A DNA stretch of 63,766 bases from an uncultured Syntrophaceae bacterium (GCA_964390545.1 CAYMJV010000005.1:1-63766); one strand, 5' to 3'. Numbered from the stretch's first letter, positions 28,812 through 38,517 are shown. Notes: generated by a model from the letters alone, not told the origin. Translations and numbers: made by a program.

Positions 28812-29900
28812 TTATTTTTCATTTGGGACGAGATTGAAAAAGCCCCCTTCTTCGTAAACCGGTTTCCTATAAAAGGCTTCCAAGCCCAGAGCGATAAATG
28901 GCAGGGTGAGGATGATCTTCTGGTTTTCGTCTGTGCTGTAGCCTAAAATCTTCAACATCATGCTATAAGGTTTTGTGCCCGGTCGATATCTTCTTTCCTC
29001 TAGAGTGACCTTTCTTAATAAGGCTCTGATGTCTTGGAAATGTCTTGAGTCCAATATCTTTCTCCCCGTCGCATCGCCAAGAGGATGGTAATATTCCATC
29101 AACTGGCCCCTCAATTCCTCAACGTCTGAACTCTTTGGCCATCGATCAAGTTCCTCTCTGAAGTTCCTTAAGGTGGATTCCAGCTTCAATAGCCGTTTGT
29201 CTGCCTCACCATCCAACGGTGTTTCCCCATCCCAGAAAACAGGTTTTCCCCCGTCAATCCCGTGCTTCTCCGGGTCAAGGTAGACCATGGTATTACTCTT
29301 GAAATTTATATAATAAAGCGAGATGTGTAAGTGGGGTGGCTGAACCCATCGATATTCCATGGGACCCAAGCCGGAGTTGCCGGAAAGGGCGACAATCTCG
29401 CCCCTTCCTAGCGCTCGAACCCCTTCTCCCAGGTATTTCATCACGTCTCCTGAGATGAGGAACTTCTCGTTAACAAATGTATCCTCTAAATGGGCATAAA
29501 CAACTCGATAGGCCGGATTGAAAACATCGGCTAACATGACATAAAGAGTCTCTTTCCAGTCCCTCGTCCTCTGTCTCAAATAAGAAGGCGTCATTGGCAC
29601 GATAGGGGTGAACATAGGGACATCATAATCCACCCCAGGGGAGGCGTTTCCTCGAATATGCCCTTGAAAGTCCCCCGGCCCTCCATATCTCGAAAACCAT
29701 TGAATGGGAGGGCCAAAAATGGGGTCCCAGTCCTTTGTAAGGGTGGCATAGTAGTCACGATTCAAGACTTCATCCAGACTTTGTTTGCCTTTTCGAAGGC
29801 CGGTGCATCCTGAAAAGAGGGAACTCCCGATCCCTGTGGCAAGAGCGAATTTAAACCCCATCTCCAAAACATTCCTTCTCGTATACCCTGCCATCTTCAT
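28812..29900 (-). CDS. Tat-signal lipoprotein with divergent M23 peptidase-like domain
   Basis: TRRNVL twin arginine, FSGC lipobox, H..(x)..GVDYD and PHLHIS metal-binding-like motifs. Confidence 0.6.
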   Translation of the reverse strand: MKMAGYTRRNVLEMGFKFALATGIGSSLFSGCTGLRKGKQSLDEVLNRDYYATLTKDWDPIFGPPIQWFSRYGGPGDFQGHIRGNASPGVDYDVPMFTPIVPMTPSYLRQRTRDWKETLYVMLADVFNPAYRVVYAHLEDTFVNEKFLISGDVMKYLGEGVRALGRGEIVALSGNSGLGPMEYRWVQPPHLHISLYYINFKSNTMVYLDPEKHGIDGGKPVFWDGETPLDGEADKRLLKLESTLRNFREELDRWPKSSDVEELRGQLMEYYHPLGDATGRKILDSRHFQDIRALLRKVTLEERRYRPGTKPYSMMLKILGYSTDENQKIILTLPFIALGLEAFYRKPVYEEGGFFNLVPNEK

Positions 29901-29969
29901 AAAACCTTTCTCCTCCTGTTAAAAGAATATCATACAAAATCTTCAAATTTTCCAGGTGAGGAGACTTTT
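29901..29969. repeat. Direct repeat copy 1 of a promoter-like segment (copy 2 at 32381-32451)
   Basis: AAAAGAATATCATACAAAATCTTCAAA..TGAGGAGACTTT is shared; homology resumes at about 30213-30250 versus 32450-32487. Confidence 0.85.
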
Positions 29970-30093
29970 TTATTAAAAGCGCACCTGAAAACCCCGTTCT
30001 GTGCCTATCTGCCTTTAGGCAGGGACGGGGGTGAAAGATGTGTCCGCCGAAAGCGAAATGGTTTAGCGAGTTGCTGAGAAACCCTAAATCACT

Positions 30094-30162
30094 GTCACTC
30101 CCGAGAAAGCGGGAGTCCAGATAAGCTTGTAAGGACTGGATTCCTGCTTCCGCAGGAATGAC
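30094..30162. repeat. REP doublet, GTCATTCC family (copy 2)
   Basis: GTCACTCCCGAGAAAGCGGGAGTCCAG ... CTGGATTCCTGCTTCCGCAGGAATGAC. Confidence 0.8.
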
Positions 30163-30341
30163 AACATGGAAATAGGTTTTGAATTTTAAAGCCCTGCCCT
30201 GTGGGCGGAGTTCTTTACTTTTAATGTCTGAGAGGACTGAACTCTGTAATTGACACGTTTCACTCAAAGATGTAGATTTCAATTGGTAGTAGAGAGGCTC
30301 CGAATCTTGTTAGGTGAGGTTCAATATTTAAATCTTGTGAA

Positions 30342-31193
30342 ATGGAGGTTTGGTTGAAGGCCGTATACACGATTACGCCGAGCTACCTGATCAAAAAGAA
30401 GAGAGACTTCACGGCCGGCGTAAAGAACCTGGAGAAGCTGGGGTTTAAAGTCATCAATAAGAGACCGGTAACCAACCTGCCCTCCATCCGCAGAAAAGTT
30501 GCGCAGGTCCACGCTGCTTTTTTGAATAAAAAGGTTGAAATCATCCTTGCCCAGAGAGGCGGATACAGTTGCATGAAGCTCCTACCCCATCTGGATTTCA
30601 ACCTCATCCGCAACAACCCCAAGATCCTGGCCGGGTTCAGCGATCTCAGCGCCCTGCTCAATGTCATCTGTGAGCGGACCGGTCTGATCACGCTCCACTC
30701 GCCCATGGTCATAAACTTTTCCCCGCCTTCCAGGTTCACGATCCGCTCGTTCCTAAACGCCGTGAATGGGTTCCCCAACAGAAACCTGTTTGAAGGGGTG
30801 CCGGTGAAGGTGCACCGCTCCGGAATTGCCCGGGGGCGCCTGAAAGGGGGAAATCTGATCACCCTCACCGCCCTCATCGGCACGGAATGGGAAATGGACA
30901 CGGACGGGACAATTTTATTCCTAGAGGACGTTGACGAGAAACTGTACGAAGTCGATCGGTATCTTACCCAGTGGATCCATGCTGGCAAGCTGCGAAGAGT
31001 GAAGGGGCTGATCCTGGGCGATTTCAGAGGGATCAAAGACCGAGATGTTTACCATATTTTATCCAGCCAGATGAAGATCGACTTCCCGCTGGTAAGTTCT
31101 CCCTATATTGGACACGTTAGGAACAAGATCACCCTGCCCGTCGGCGCCCGGGTGGAACTCAACACGATGAAGAAAGCGCTCACCCTTCTATGA
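30342..31193 (+). CDS. ldcA: LD-carboxypeptidase (peptidase S66)
   Basis: RGGY, GFSDLSAL (Ser), FLEDVDE (Glu), IGHV (His) triad motifs. Confidence 0.88.
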   Translation: MEVWLKAVYTITPSYLIKKKRDFTAGVKNLEKLGFKVINKRPVTNLPSIRRKVAQVHAAFLNKKVEIILAQRGGYSCMKLLPHLDFNLIRNNPKILAGFSDLSALLNVICERTGLITLHSPMVINFSPPSRFTIRSFLNAVNGFPNRNLFEGVPVKVHRSGIARGRLKGGNLITLTALIGTEWEMDTDGTILFLEDVDEKLYEVDRYLTQWIHAGKLRRVKGLILGDFRGIKDRDVYHILSSQMKIDFPLVSSPYIGHVRNKITLPVGARVELNTMKKALTLL

Positions 31194-31765
31194 ATACGGT
31201 TTGGATCTTGCTGATGGCGACAAGCGTTCTCTTTTCCTTCCTAAACGGTAGACTGGATGCGTTTACGAAGTCCATTTTCGAAGGGGCGAAATCAGCGGTC
31301 GAGGTCTCTCTTTTCCTTCTGGGCATCGTTTGTCTTTGGCTGGGGATCACCAAGGTCATTGAAGATTCGGGGCTGATCAACCGCCTCTCCGGCTTCTTTC
31401 AATATTTTGTGAGGCGGCTCTTCAGAAATATTCCCCCGGAACATCCCGCTATCACTTCCATCACCTTGAACTTCCTGGCCAACCTTTTCGGGCTCGGGAA
31501 TGCTGCCACCCCTCTCGGAATCAAGGCCATGCAGGACCTTAAGACTCTGCATCCGGATGGGGAAACCATCACCTTTGAGATGATGGTTTTCATCGTGGTG
31601 AATACCGCCAGCATTCAACTGATCCCTTTCACTGTGATCGGCATCCTTGCGGATTACGGATCCAAAGACCCGTCGGCCATTGTCCTGCCCACCCTACTGG
31701 CAACTTTCCTATCGGCCCTCGTTGCTCTCGGGCTCCTGTTCGCGGTCAGGAGGATCCTTAAATGA
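31190..31765 (+). CDS. spmA: SpmA-like membrane protein (nucleoside-recognition Gate domain)
   Basis: ANLFGLGNAATPLGIKAM and NTASIQLIP motifs; overlaps the ldcA stop. Confidence 0.9.
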   Translation: MNTVWILLMATSVLFSFLNGRLDAFTKSIFEGAKSAVEVSLFLLGIVCLWLGITKVIEDSGLINRLSGFFQYFVRRLFRNIPPEHPAITSITLNFLANLFGLGNAATPLGIKAMQDLKTLHPDGETITFEMMVFIVVNTASIQLIPFTVIGILADYGSKDPSAIVLPTLLATFLSALVALGLLFAVRRILK

Positions 31766-32298
31766 AAACGGTCAGCTTGATTTCGCAGCTCATCATTCCG
31801 CTCTTCATCCTGTTTGCGATTCTTTATGGGTGGGCCAAGAAGGTTAGGGTTTACGATTGTTTCGTCTCTGGCGCAAAAGGCGGGGTGGGCGTCGTGGTCA
31901 GGGTTTTCCCGTACCTCCTGGCGATCTTCGTGGCGGTCAAAGGTTTTCAAGCCTCCGGGGCCTTTGAATTTGCCCAGGAGCTGCTACGGGGGCCCCTGGG
32001 GGTCTTCCATGTTCCCATCGACGTGGTATCGATTGCCCTCATCAAACCCTTGTCCGGAAGTGCTTCGCTAGGCGTGTTCACAAATATCGTCAGAACCAAT
32101 GGTCCGGATTCCCTGGCCAGCCTGATTTCTGCGGTCATCATGGGGAGCGCGGAAACGACCTTTTACGTACTGGCAGTTTACCTGGGTGCGGTGGGGATTA
32201 AGAGGACAAGATATCTGGTTCCGGTCTGCGTTCTCGCCGACCTCGTCGGGATCATCATCGCAATCAGCATCGTGAAATTCTTTTTTCATTTGGGCTGA
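31762..32298 (+). CDS. spmB: SpmB-like membrane protein
   Basis: VYDCFVSGAKGG, KPLSGSAS, MGSAETTFYVLAVY motifs. Confidence 0.9.
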   Translation: MKTVSLISQLIIPLFILFAILYGWAKKVRVYDCFVSGAKGGVGVVVRVFPYLLAIFVAVKGFQASGAFEFAQELLRGPLGVFHVPIDVVSIALIKPLSGSASLGVFTNIVRTNGPDSLASLISAVIMGSAETTFYVLAVYLGAVGIKRTRYLVPVCVLADLVGIIIAISIVKFFFHLG

Positions 32299-32380
32299 TG
32301 GACTCAAGATGTGGAGGATGCCTGGTTTGAAGAACTTCGTTTTTCGAAGACACAGGGAGATCCTGGAAAATTTCTTCCTG

Positions 32381-32487
32381 AAAACCTCTCCCCGCCCCTT
32401 TTAAAAGAATATCATACAAAATCTTCAAACTTACAAGTTGAGGAGACTTTCTTATTTTTGATGTCTGAGAGGGCTCGCTGAGTAATG
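32381..32487. repeat. Direct repeat copy 2 (uninterrupted)
   Basis: See 29901-29969. Confidence 0.8.
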
Positions 32488-32536
32488 GTAGGTTTAATCC
32501 TTTTCCCTTTTAAATAGGACCCTAAAGCCTCATCAA

Positions 32537-33043
32537 TTACTTCCGTTTCGGCAGATAAACAGAAGGCACAGTTCCGGCCCATATCCAAAGAAGGCCATAT
32601 TCCTTCGATGGGCTTCCTGTTAGTGTAAAGGTTTTTCCATCTATTTCTGAATCTATGCCTGTCAGTGTTGCTATGATTACTACTTCCTCAGGCCCCAGAG
32701 TAACAACGGTTATTGAACTGATCTTGTTAGTAGACATGCTTGCACCCAAGCTGGTTTTGATGTCCTCCATGGTATGAAGAGAAGGGAGGAATGAGTTTGC
32801 TTCTTGATGATATGCTGCTATCTCAGCAGCGACGTTGCTCATATAATTGGTTATCTCCGTCAATTTCTCAATCCTAGTATTCTCACTTCTCTTAAACTGT
32901 CGAAGTATATCATCAAAACCTTTATAAGCCTCATTTTCCGTTTGTTTGATGATAGTCAATCCAAAAAACAATCCAGCAGTCAAACAAATCACCACAACTA
33001 AGAAAATCAATACATTTCTTACCTTGATAAACTTCTTATCCAT
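32537..33043 (-). CDS. Hypothetical membrane-anchored protein
   Basis: One N-terminal TM helix; GGAG RBS; no recognised family. Confidence 0.6.
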   Translation of the reverse strand: MDKKFIKVRNVLIFLVVVICLTAGLFFGLTIIKQTENEAYKGFDDILRQFKRSENTRIEKLTEITNYMSNVAAEIAAYHQEANSFLPSLHTMEDIKTSLGASMSTNKISSITVVTLGPEEVVIIATLTGIDSEIDGKTFTLTGSPSKEYGLLWIWAGTVPSVYLPKRK

Positions 33044-33566
33044 CTCCTTGGGAAAATAGTGGGAAGCATGGGGGGCTTTGGGGGGTACCGGCTGGTTGAT
33101 TCAGATTATATGTGAAATAGAAACTCTCCCCCCCCCAAAAAAATTTGGTGGTTATATAAAGGCAGGGAATAGGTAAGGATGAAACCAAGCAAATCTTTTG
33201 TTGAGACGCATCCTGGCGATTAACAAAGTCAAAAATAAATCTTAGAGAGCAGCTAAGGGGGGAGGGGTCGATAAGGCTTCTCCCCTTCTTGTTTTCTTCC
33301 TGAAACTATCTGTTCCCTAATTTTAGCCAAAAGTGTATATTACAACTGCAAATGAACAACGCGGATGTGTCTCGATCCCTTTGAATAATTCATTCTGAAA
33401 TTAACTCGTTTCTATATAATATTGTGTAAAACCATCTTTTCTGGAAAAATAGTATGATATTCAAGCCTTTTGAATAAAAGAGAGCCTTTAATGGTTTAAG
33501 ATTTAATAAAAACATAGAAGCAGCTTAATAAATAAGTTAGGCGGTCAGTAAGGAAGGAATTCAATT

Positions 33567-34313
33567 ATGAATGATTTAGAAAAATACTTCATAGAAAATA
33601 CAGGAAGACTGATTGAGAAATGGAAACACTATTTTGAAATTTATGATCGACACTTTTCGCGTTATAGGGGTACTGATGTTCACATTATTGAATTCGGTGT
33701 ATATCAAGGCGGTTCTTTGCAGATGTGGAAACAATATTTTGGGCCTAATTCCAAAATATTTGGGATAGACATCAATCCACATTGCAAGAAGCTAGAAGAG
33801 GAACAGATTGAAATATTCATAGGTGATCAGGAAGATAGAAGATTCCTGAAAGCGCTAGCAGAAAAGATTCCAAGAATAGATATCTTGATTGATGATGGCG
33901 GTCATACAATGAAGCAGCAAATAAACACCTTTGAGGAGCTTTTCTCTTACATTGATGAGAATGGTGTGTATCTATGCGAAGACATACATACCTCTTATTG
34001 GCTGAGGTGGGGCGGAGGCTATAAGAAACGCGGCACGTTTATAGAGTACAGTAAAAACTTTATCGACTATATAAATGCTTGGCATTCTACCCGAACAAGC
34101 AGGTTAAGCGTCACAGAATTCACTAGATCGGTTCACTCATTGCATTATTACGATAGTGTTCTTGTGATTGAGAAGCGACCAATTGAAAAGCCATTGCACC
34201 TGGAAACTGGAACACCAGAAATTCCAAATTTTGATCCGCCAAAGAGCTTATTGAAACGCCTCAATGGACAGTTGAAACGAGAAATAGACCACCTAACAAG
34301 GCGCTCCACCTGA
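33567..34313 (+). CDS. Class I SAM-dependent methyltransferase (cassette gene)
   Basis: IIEFGVYQGGS, FGIDI, DILIDDGGH, YLCED motifs; AT-rich relative to neighbours. Confidence 0.85.
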   Translation: MNDLEKYFIENTGRLIEKWKHYFEIYDRHFSRYRGTDVHIIEFGVYQGGSLQMWKQYFGPNSKIFGIDINPHCKKLEEEQIEIFIGDQEDRRFLKALAEKIPRIDILIDDGGHTMKQQINTFEELFSYIDENGVYLCEDIHTSYWLRWGGGYKKRGTFIEYSKNFIDYINAWHSTRTSRLSVTEFTRSVHSLHYYDSVLVIEKRPIEKPLHLETGTPEIPNFDPPKSLLKRLNGQLKREIDHLTRRST

Positions 34314-34362
34314 CCGCTTTTCCGCTGCGCTTCAAAGCGGCCGGTGAGCTTTATGGTTATAC
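34291..34362 (+). other. attC recombination site (72 bp)
   Basis: R'' ACCTAAC, 5-nt spacer, L'' GCTCCACC pairing with L' GGTGAGC with one extrahelical C, CCGCTTT/AAAGCGG stem, R' GTTATAC. Confidence 0.9.
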
Positions 34363-34640
34363 TCTCTTTCTAAGGGAAATCATCAACCTCTAATGTAGAC
34401 TAATCCTCACTCTTTGTAGGTGCTATACGTAACATATTCTGCTTTTTCTTTTGATATTAGTTAGTTATACACCGTTTCCCAAGAATATTCTCGCTGACTT
34501 CTCCATTCAACCCATATATACTGCCATCAAGATTTAGGCCTTCCGCTCGTTCTTTGAGTCAACTTAACAATACAACCTTTAACCTTTTGGAGTGAACTAT
34601 TGGGGGGATTCCAAAAGGTGCCTAATAAAGACTAAAGATT

Positions 34641-35159
34641 ATGAAACAGATTACCCTGGCGATAATTTTCGTCGTACTTATGTTTGGGATTTCCTTCGCT
34701 TTTGATTGCCCAAAATGCAAGATAGAGATGGTGGAGAAGGATGGCATAGCTACTTGCCCGAAGTGCGGTTTTTCAGCTAAAATTGGCCGGACTAAAATTT
34801 ATAAAGAGCCAACAGTCGAAGAAAAGATGAGAACGATTGAACAAGAAAAGGAGGTGAAACTCAAAAACCTTGACGAGAATCTCATAAGGGACGTCAGCAA
34901 AGTTAAGAAGGATGGGGAATATGACTCAAAGATTGAAAGAATAAATGAGCTTAAAAACAGGATAGAACGGTTAGAGGGAGAATTGAGAATAGTAGAAAAT
35001 GAAATGAAGAAGATCGACTGGGAAAGAAATATGTCGACTGGAAGATTACCATATAATTTGAGCTATAGATATGCTGGACTGAGGGGAGAACAGGAAGCTA
35101 TCAAGGATTGGATTAGAAGGTATGAATTTGAAATTGAAACAATTAAAAGAAGTTTATGA
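34641..35159 (+). CDS. Hypothetical exported protein with two CxxC motifs and a coiled coil
   Basis: Signal peptide ending SFA; CPKC-x12-CPKC; charged helical C-terminus. Confidence 0.65.
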   Translation: MKQITLAIIFVVLMFGISFAFDCPKCKIEMVEKDGIATCPKCGFSAKIGRTKIYKEPTVEEKMRTIEQEKEVKLKNLDENLIRDVSKVKKDGEYDSKIERINELKNRIERLEGELRIVENEMKKIDWERNMSTGRLPYNLSYRYAGLRGEQEAIKDWIRRYEFEIETIKRSL

Positions 35160-35364
35160 ATAGTTACTAAAACGTAACCAACCAACTTCACGGGTTACTT
35201 TCGGCGAAATCCTCAAAAAAAGAAACTCAAGATTAAGTTCTCAAAAAGCAAAGGCAGGGTCAGAGAAATGACCCTGCTCCTCAACCATGGAAGGAGACAA
35301 TGTTGACTCAGCTTCAACCCCATTTCTGAAAAGCGAATGGGGTTTTTTGTTCGGAAGGAGATTT

Positions 35365-35697
35365 GTGAAGAGAGCAATTCTTATTATAATTCCATTTCTA
35401 ATTCTCACCCTCTCTCTTTCTGTTTCGCATGCCCAAACTTACAAAGTGAAGCGGGTCATTGACGGCGACGCCCTCCTCCTTACCAACGGTGAATATGTCC
35501 GCTTGATCGGTGTTGATACTCCCGAAACAAAGCATCCACAAAAGCCTGTTGAGTATTTTGGAAAGGAAGCCTGTCAATTCACCAAGCGAATGGTAGAAGG
35601 AAAGGAAGTCAGGCTTGAATATGACCAGACCAGGTCCATATCTAAGTATCCCCCTGACACAAAGGTCATACATTACCCCCAATGCCCCATTGCTTGA
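35365..35697 (+). pseudogene. Truncated thermonuclease (SNase-like)
   Basis: VKRVIDGD..VRLIGVDTPE motifs present; similarity breaks after RLEYDQT and the C-terminal half is absent. Confidence 0.7.
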
Positions 35698-35766
35698 TTT
35701 TCGAGGTGGAGGCGTTATAATACCCAGGGCGTTTCAAATATCTTCAGCTTCCAGAGGAGGTGTGTT

Positions 35767-36504
35767 ATGAAGACATTGTTATTGTTAAGCAATCTGCTCC
35801 CCGTGATCATTGCAGTTTCTTCCTTCGCCCAGGAGAAATTCGAGACAGATATCATCAAGACATCGGCGGGTGACCTGAAGATCACCTTCATCGGCCACGG
35901 CACGTTGATGTTCAATTTTGGGGGAAAGGTGACCCATGTGGATCCCTACAGCAATTTGGCCGATTATAACACCCTCCCCAAGGCCGACCTGATCCTCTTG
36001 ACCCATGACCACCCGGACCACCTCGATCTGAAGGCCTTGAATGTAGTACGAACAGGCAAGACGATCGTGGTGTTGACCGAGGCCTGTGGAAAACAGGTGC
36101 AGGGAGGCATTGTGATGATGAACGGCGATGTGAACACATTGGAAGGGTTAAAGATCGAGGCTGTGCCCGCCTACAATATTGTCCAAAAACGGGACACCGG
36201 TCAGCCTTTTCACCCGAAGGGAGTTGGCAACGGCTACATCATCACCTTCGGTGACAAGCGGGTCTATGTGGCTGGCGATACTGAGAACATCCCAGAGATG
36301 AAACGCCTGAAGAACATTGACATTGCATTCCTGTCCATGAATCTCCCCTACACAATGACACCCGAGATGGTGGCTGATGGGGCAAAGGTCTTCAAACCTA
36401 AGATCCTCTATCCCTATCACTTTGGTGAAACGGATACGTCGAAGGTGGTGAGCTTGCTTAAGGAAACTCCGGAGATTGAGGTCCGCATCCGAAAAATGAA
36501 ATAG
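35767..36504 (+). CDS. MBL-fold metallo-hydrolase, exported
   Basis: THDHPDHLD, YVAGDT, PYHFG motifs; signal peptide. Confidence 0.88.
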   Translation: MKTLLLLSNLLPVIIAVSSFAQEKFETDIIKTSAGDLKITFIGHGTLMFNFGGKVTHVDPYSNLADYNTLPKADLILLTHDHPDHLDLKALNVVRTGKTIVVLTEACGKQVQGGIVMMNGDVNTLEGLKIEAVPAYNIVQKRDTGQPFHPKGVGNGYIITFGDKRVYVAGDTENIPEMKRLKNIDIAFLSMNLPYTMTPEMVADGAKVFKPKILYPYHFGETDTSKVVSLLKETPEIEVRIRKMK

Positions 36505-36552
36505 AGGGATTTTTGTGTAGGGTCATAATGAAATGGAAGGAGGAAAAAGATA

Positions 36553-36699
36553 ATGTGCTTCGCTGGACAGAAAAGCGGATGTCAGTTCCCTGATCAGTTA
36601 AAGGGGAAACCTAAAGACTGCACTCCCAAACAGATTAAGGAGTGCCATGGGTCTATAAAAAGGCACCCTTGCCTTCCTAAAAGGAATAAAAAGAAATAG
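36553..36699 (+). CDS. Small Cys-rich protein (48 aa), below the ORF-track cutoff
   Basis: MCFAGQKSGCQFPDQLKGKPKDCTPKQIKECHGSIKRHPCLPKRNKKK; GGAGG RBS upstream. Confidence 0.6.
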   Translation: MCFAGQKSGCQFPDQLKGKPKDCTPKQIKECHGSIKRHPCLPKRNKKK

Positions 36700-37051
36700 T
36701 TATGAATCAGAGGGAAAGAAAACGGTAGTCAAATCCCCTTTCGTTCCTTTAAACAATCAACCTTAGGGGTAGACATGGATAAGCATTGCATTAAACCCCA
36801 TTTCTGAAAACGGAATGAGGTTTTGTTTTCCTAACCTTTAGGGATACAAGAGTTAAGAAATTCCAAAGTGGGTGGATGATATGAGAAAGATGATGACAAG
36901 ACTACGGTTGGCTTCTGTGTCGGATCAGACCTTGATTTGTCCCAAGCCGGACTTGATCGAAAAATTGATCCTCAATAGTGGGAAAAGATGAGATTTCAAA
37001 ACCTACCCAATTACCTACCGTTTAAAACCTCCAGAGTTTTCAAGAAGTTTC

Positions 37052-37126
<75 letters not shown>

Positions 37127-37195
37127 CTTTTTAGACATTGTTTCTTTTTTTACCATGTTTTAGAATAGTCGTCAATCAAGAACGGGGGCATTCGT

Positions 37196-38173
37196 TTGAA
37201 AAGATTCCTCATCTCCTTACTTGTTACCTGCATCATCCTTTTCATCCTATTTACCCAGATCTCCCTGAAAGGTCTCTTTACCCTTTTAATACAGATCGAT
37301 CCTTTTTGGGCGACGTTGGGATCCGCAGGTTACTTCCTGGCCACTCTCTTTCGTGCCCTTCGATTTCGATGGCTGATCCATTCGAAGGACATTTCAATCG
37401 ATGAACTCTTTCGAATCTCTGTATTCTATCATTTATCCCTCATGGTCCTTCCTTCCAAACTCGGAGAACTCTCTTATCCCTATCTCCTAAATAGAATCGG
37501 TGGGATCAGCATGACCGAAGGGCTGGCTTCCCTGATTGCTTCGAGGGTCTATGATTTTTTCATCATCCTGGTGATCTTTCTGTTCTCCTCTCTCGCATTT
37601 CAGAACCTTTTCAAGGTCAACCTTCTCTTTGTCCTTCTCCTTACCCTTCTCTTGATCCTTCTGATTCTCGCCGCCTTCTTCTATATGAATCGTCTCTTGA
37701 TCTTGATCTCTAATGTCTGCGGATGCATATTCAAGATTCTCCGAAAAGAAGAGAGCAAAACGGCCCTATGGGTCCAAAAAACAATTCATGAAATGTCAGA
37801 AGACTTCTATGCCATTCGAGCTAAAAAGACCTACCTCGCCGTTACTCTGACCAGCATCCTTTCCTGGTTTATGATTTTCTTAACGTTTGAAGCTTTTCTC
37901 TTGGGATTCGGGGTCGAAATCTCTTTCCTTAAAGTGCTCTTTGGTTCAACCGTTGCTGTTATTGCAAACGCCTTACCCATTGGGGGCATTGGCAACTGGG
38001 GAACACTTGAGGTGGGATGGGCTGCTGGGTTTCTGATGACCGGACTTCCCAAAGAGCAGGCGATTGCCACAGGATTCGGCGTTCACATCCTGATATTTAT
38101 CACCTGTGCTCTACTTGGACTGCTCAGTTGGGTGACTTTGAAAAAGAAAAAAGCCCCTCTCCGAACCTCTTGA
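37196..38173 (+). CDS. Lysylphosphatidylglycerol-synthase TM domain (flippase-like, UPF0104) protein
   Basis: Multi-TM; RALRFRWLI, PSKLGEL, LPIGGIGNWGTLE motifs. Confidence 0.8.
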   Translation: MKRFLISLLVTCIILFILFTQISLKGLFTLLIQIDPFWATLGSAGYFLATLFRALRFRWLIHSKDISIDELFRISVFYHLSLMVLPSKLGELSYPYLLNRIGGISMTEGLASLIASRVYDFFIILVIFLFSSLAFQNLFKVNLLFVLLLTLLLILLILAAFFYMNRLLILISNVCGCIFKILRKEESKTALWVQKTIHEMSEDFYAIRAKKTYLAVTLTSILSWFMIFLTFEAFLLGFGVEISFLKVLFGSTVAVIANALPIGGIGNWGTLEVGWAAGFLMTGLPKEQAIATGFGVHILIFITCALLGLLSWVTLKKKKAPLRTS

Positions 38174-38229
38174 AATCGAGAAACCACCGGAGAAGGGCTT
38201 CAATGGAGTGTGTCTAATAGAGGATCTTT

Positions 38230-38517
38230 TCAAACCTTTTGGGCAACATTTCGTTTCGAAGCCTTGAGAGGGTTCAATTTGAAGGTATCCTCTTTTACCT
38301 CTTTCTTCACGTGGGTGGCGAAATTGCAAGCTCCCTTTGCCCATTTGATAGAAGGCTCACAATAGGTCTTACAATAGGAACCCACCTCATAAGTCACCAC
38401 ACGGTCACATCCCTTGCAGGCTTCCACGATGGGATAGCATCTCCCACCGTTGTAGGAACAGCCATTCTTCTTCATGAAGATGCATTCCGTTCCTACTTTG
38501 ACAGTTTGACAAACCAT
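38230..38517 (-). CDS. PxxKW family cysteine-rich protein
   Basis: Cys-rich; EPSIKW motif and CNFATHVK; GGAGG RBS before MVCQ. Confidence 0.85.
   Translation of the reverse strand: MVCQTVKVGTECIFMKKNGCSYNGGRCYPIVEACKGCDRVVTYEVGSYCKTYCEPSIKWAKGACNFATHVKKEVKEDTFKLNPLKASKRNVAQKV

Larger units (their letters stand above)
33536..34362 (+). mobile_element. Integron gene cassette without a nearby integrase
   Basis: Core site GTTAGGC at 33536-33542, a single ORF, then attC. Confidence 0.85.

Noticed and set aside
29851-30282. 143-aa ORF containing VVIPAEAGIQ
   Set aside because: That peptide is the translation of the GTCATTCC REP; the ORF spans repeat DNA.
34420-34475. Second attC near GTTAGTTATAC
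   Set aside because: No paired L boxes or proper R'' spacing.
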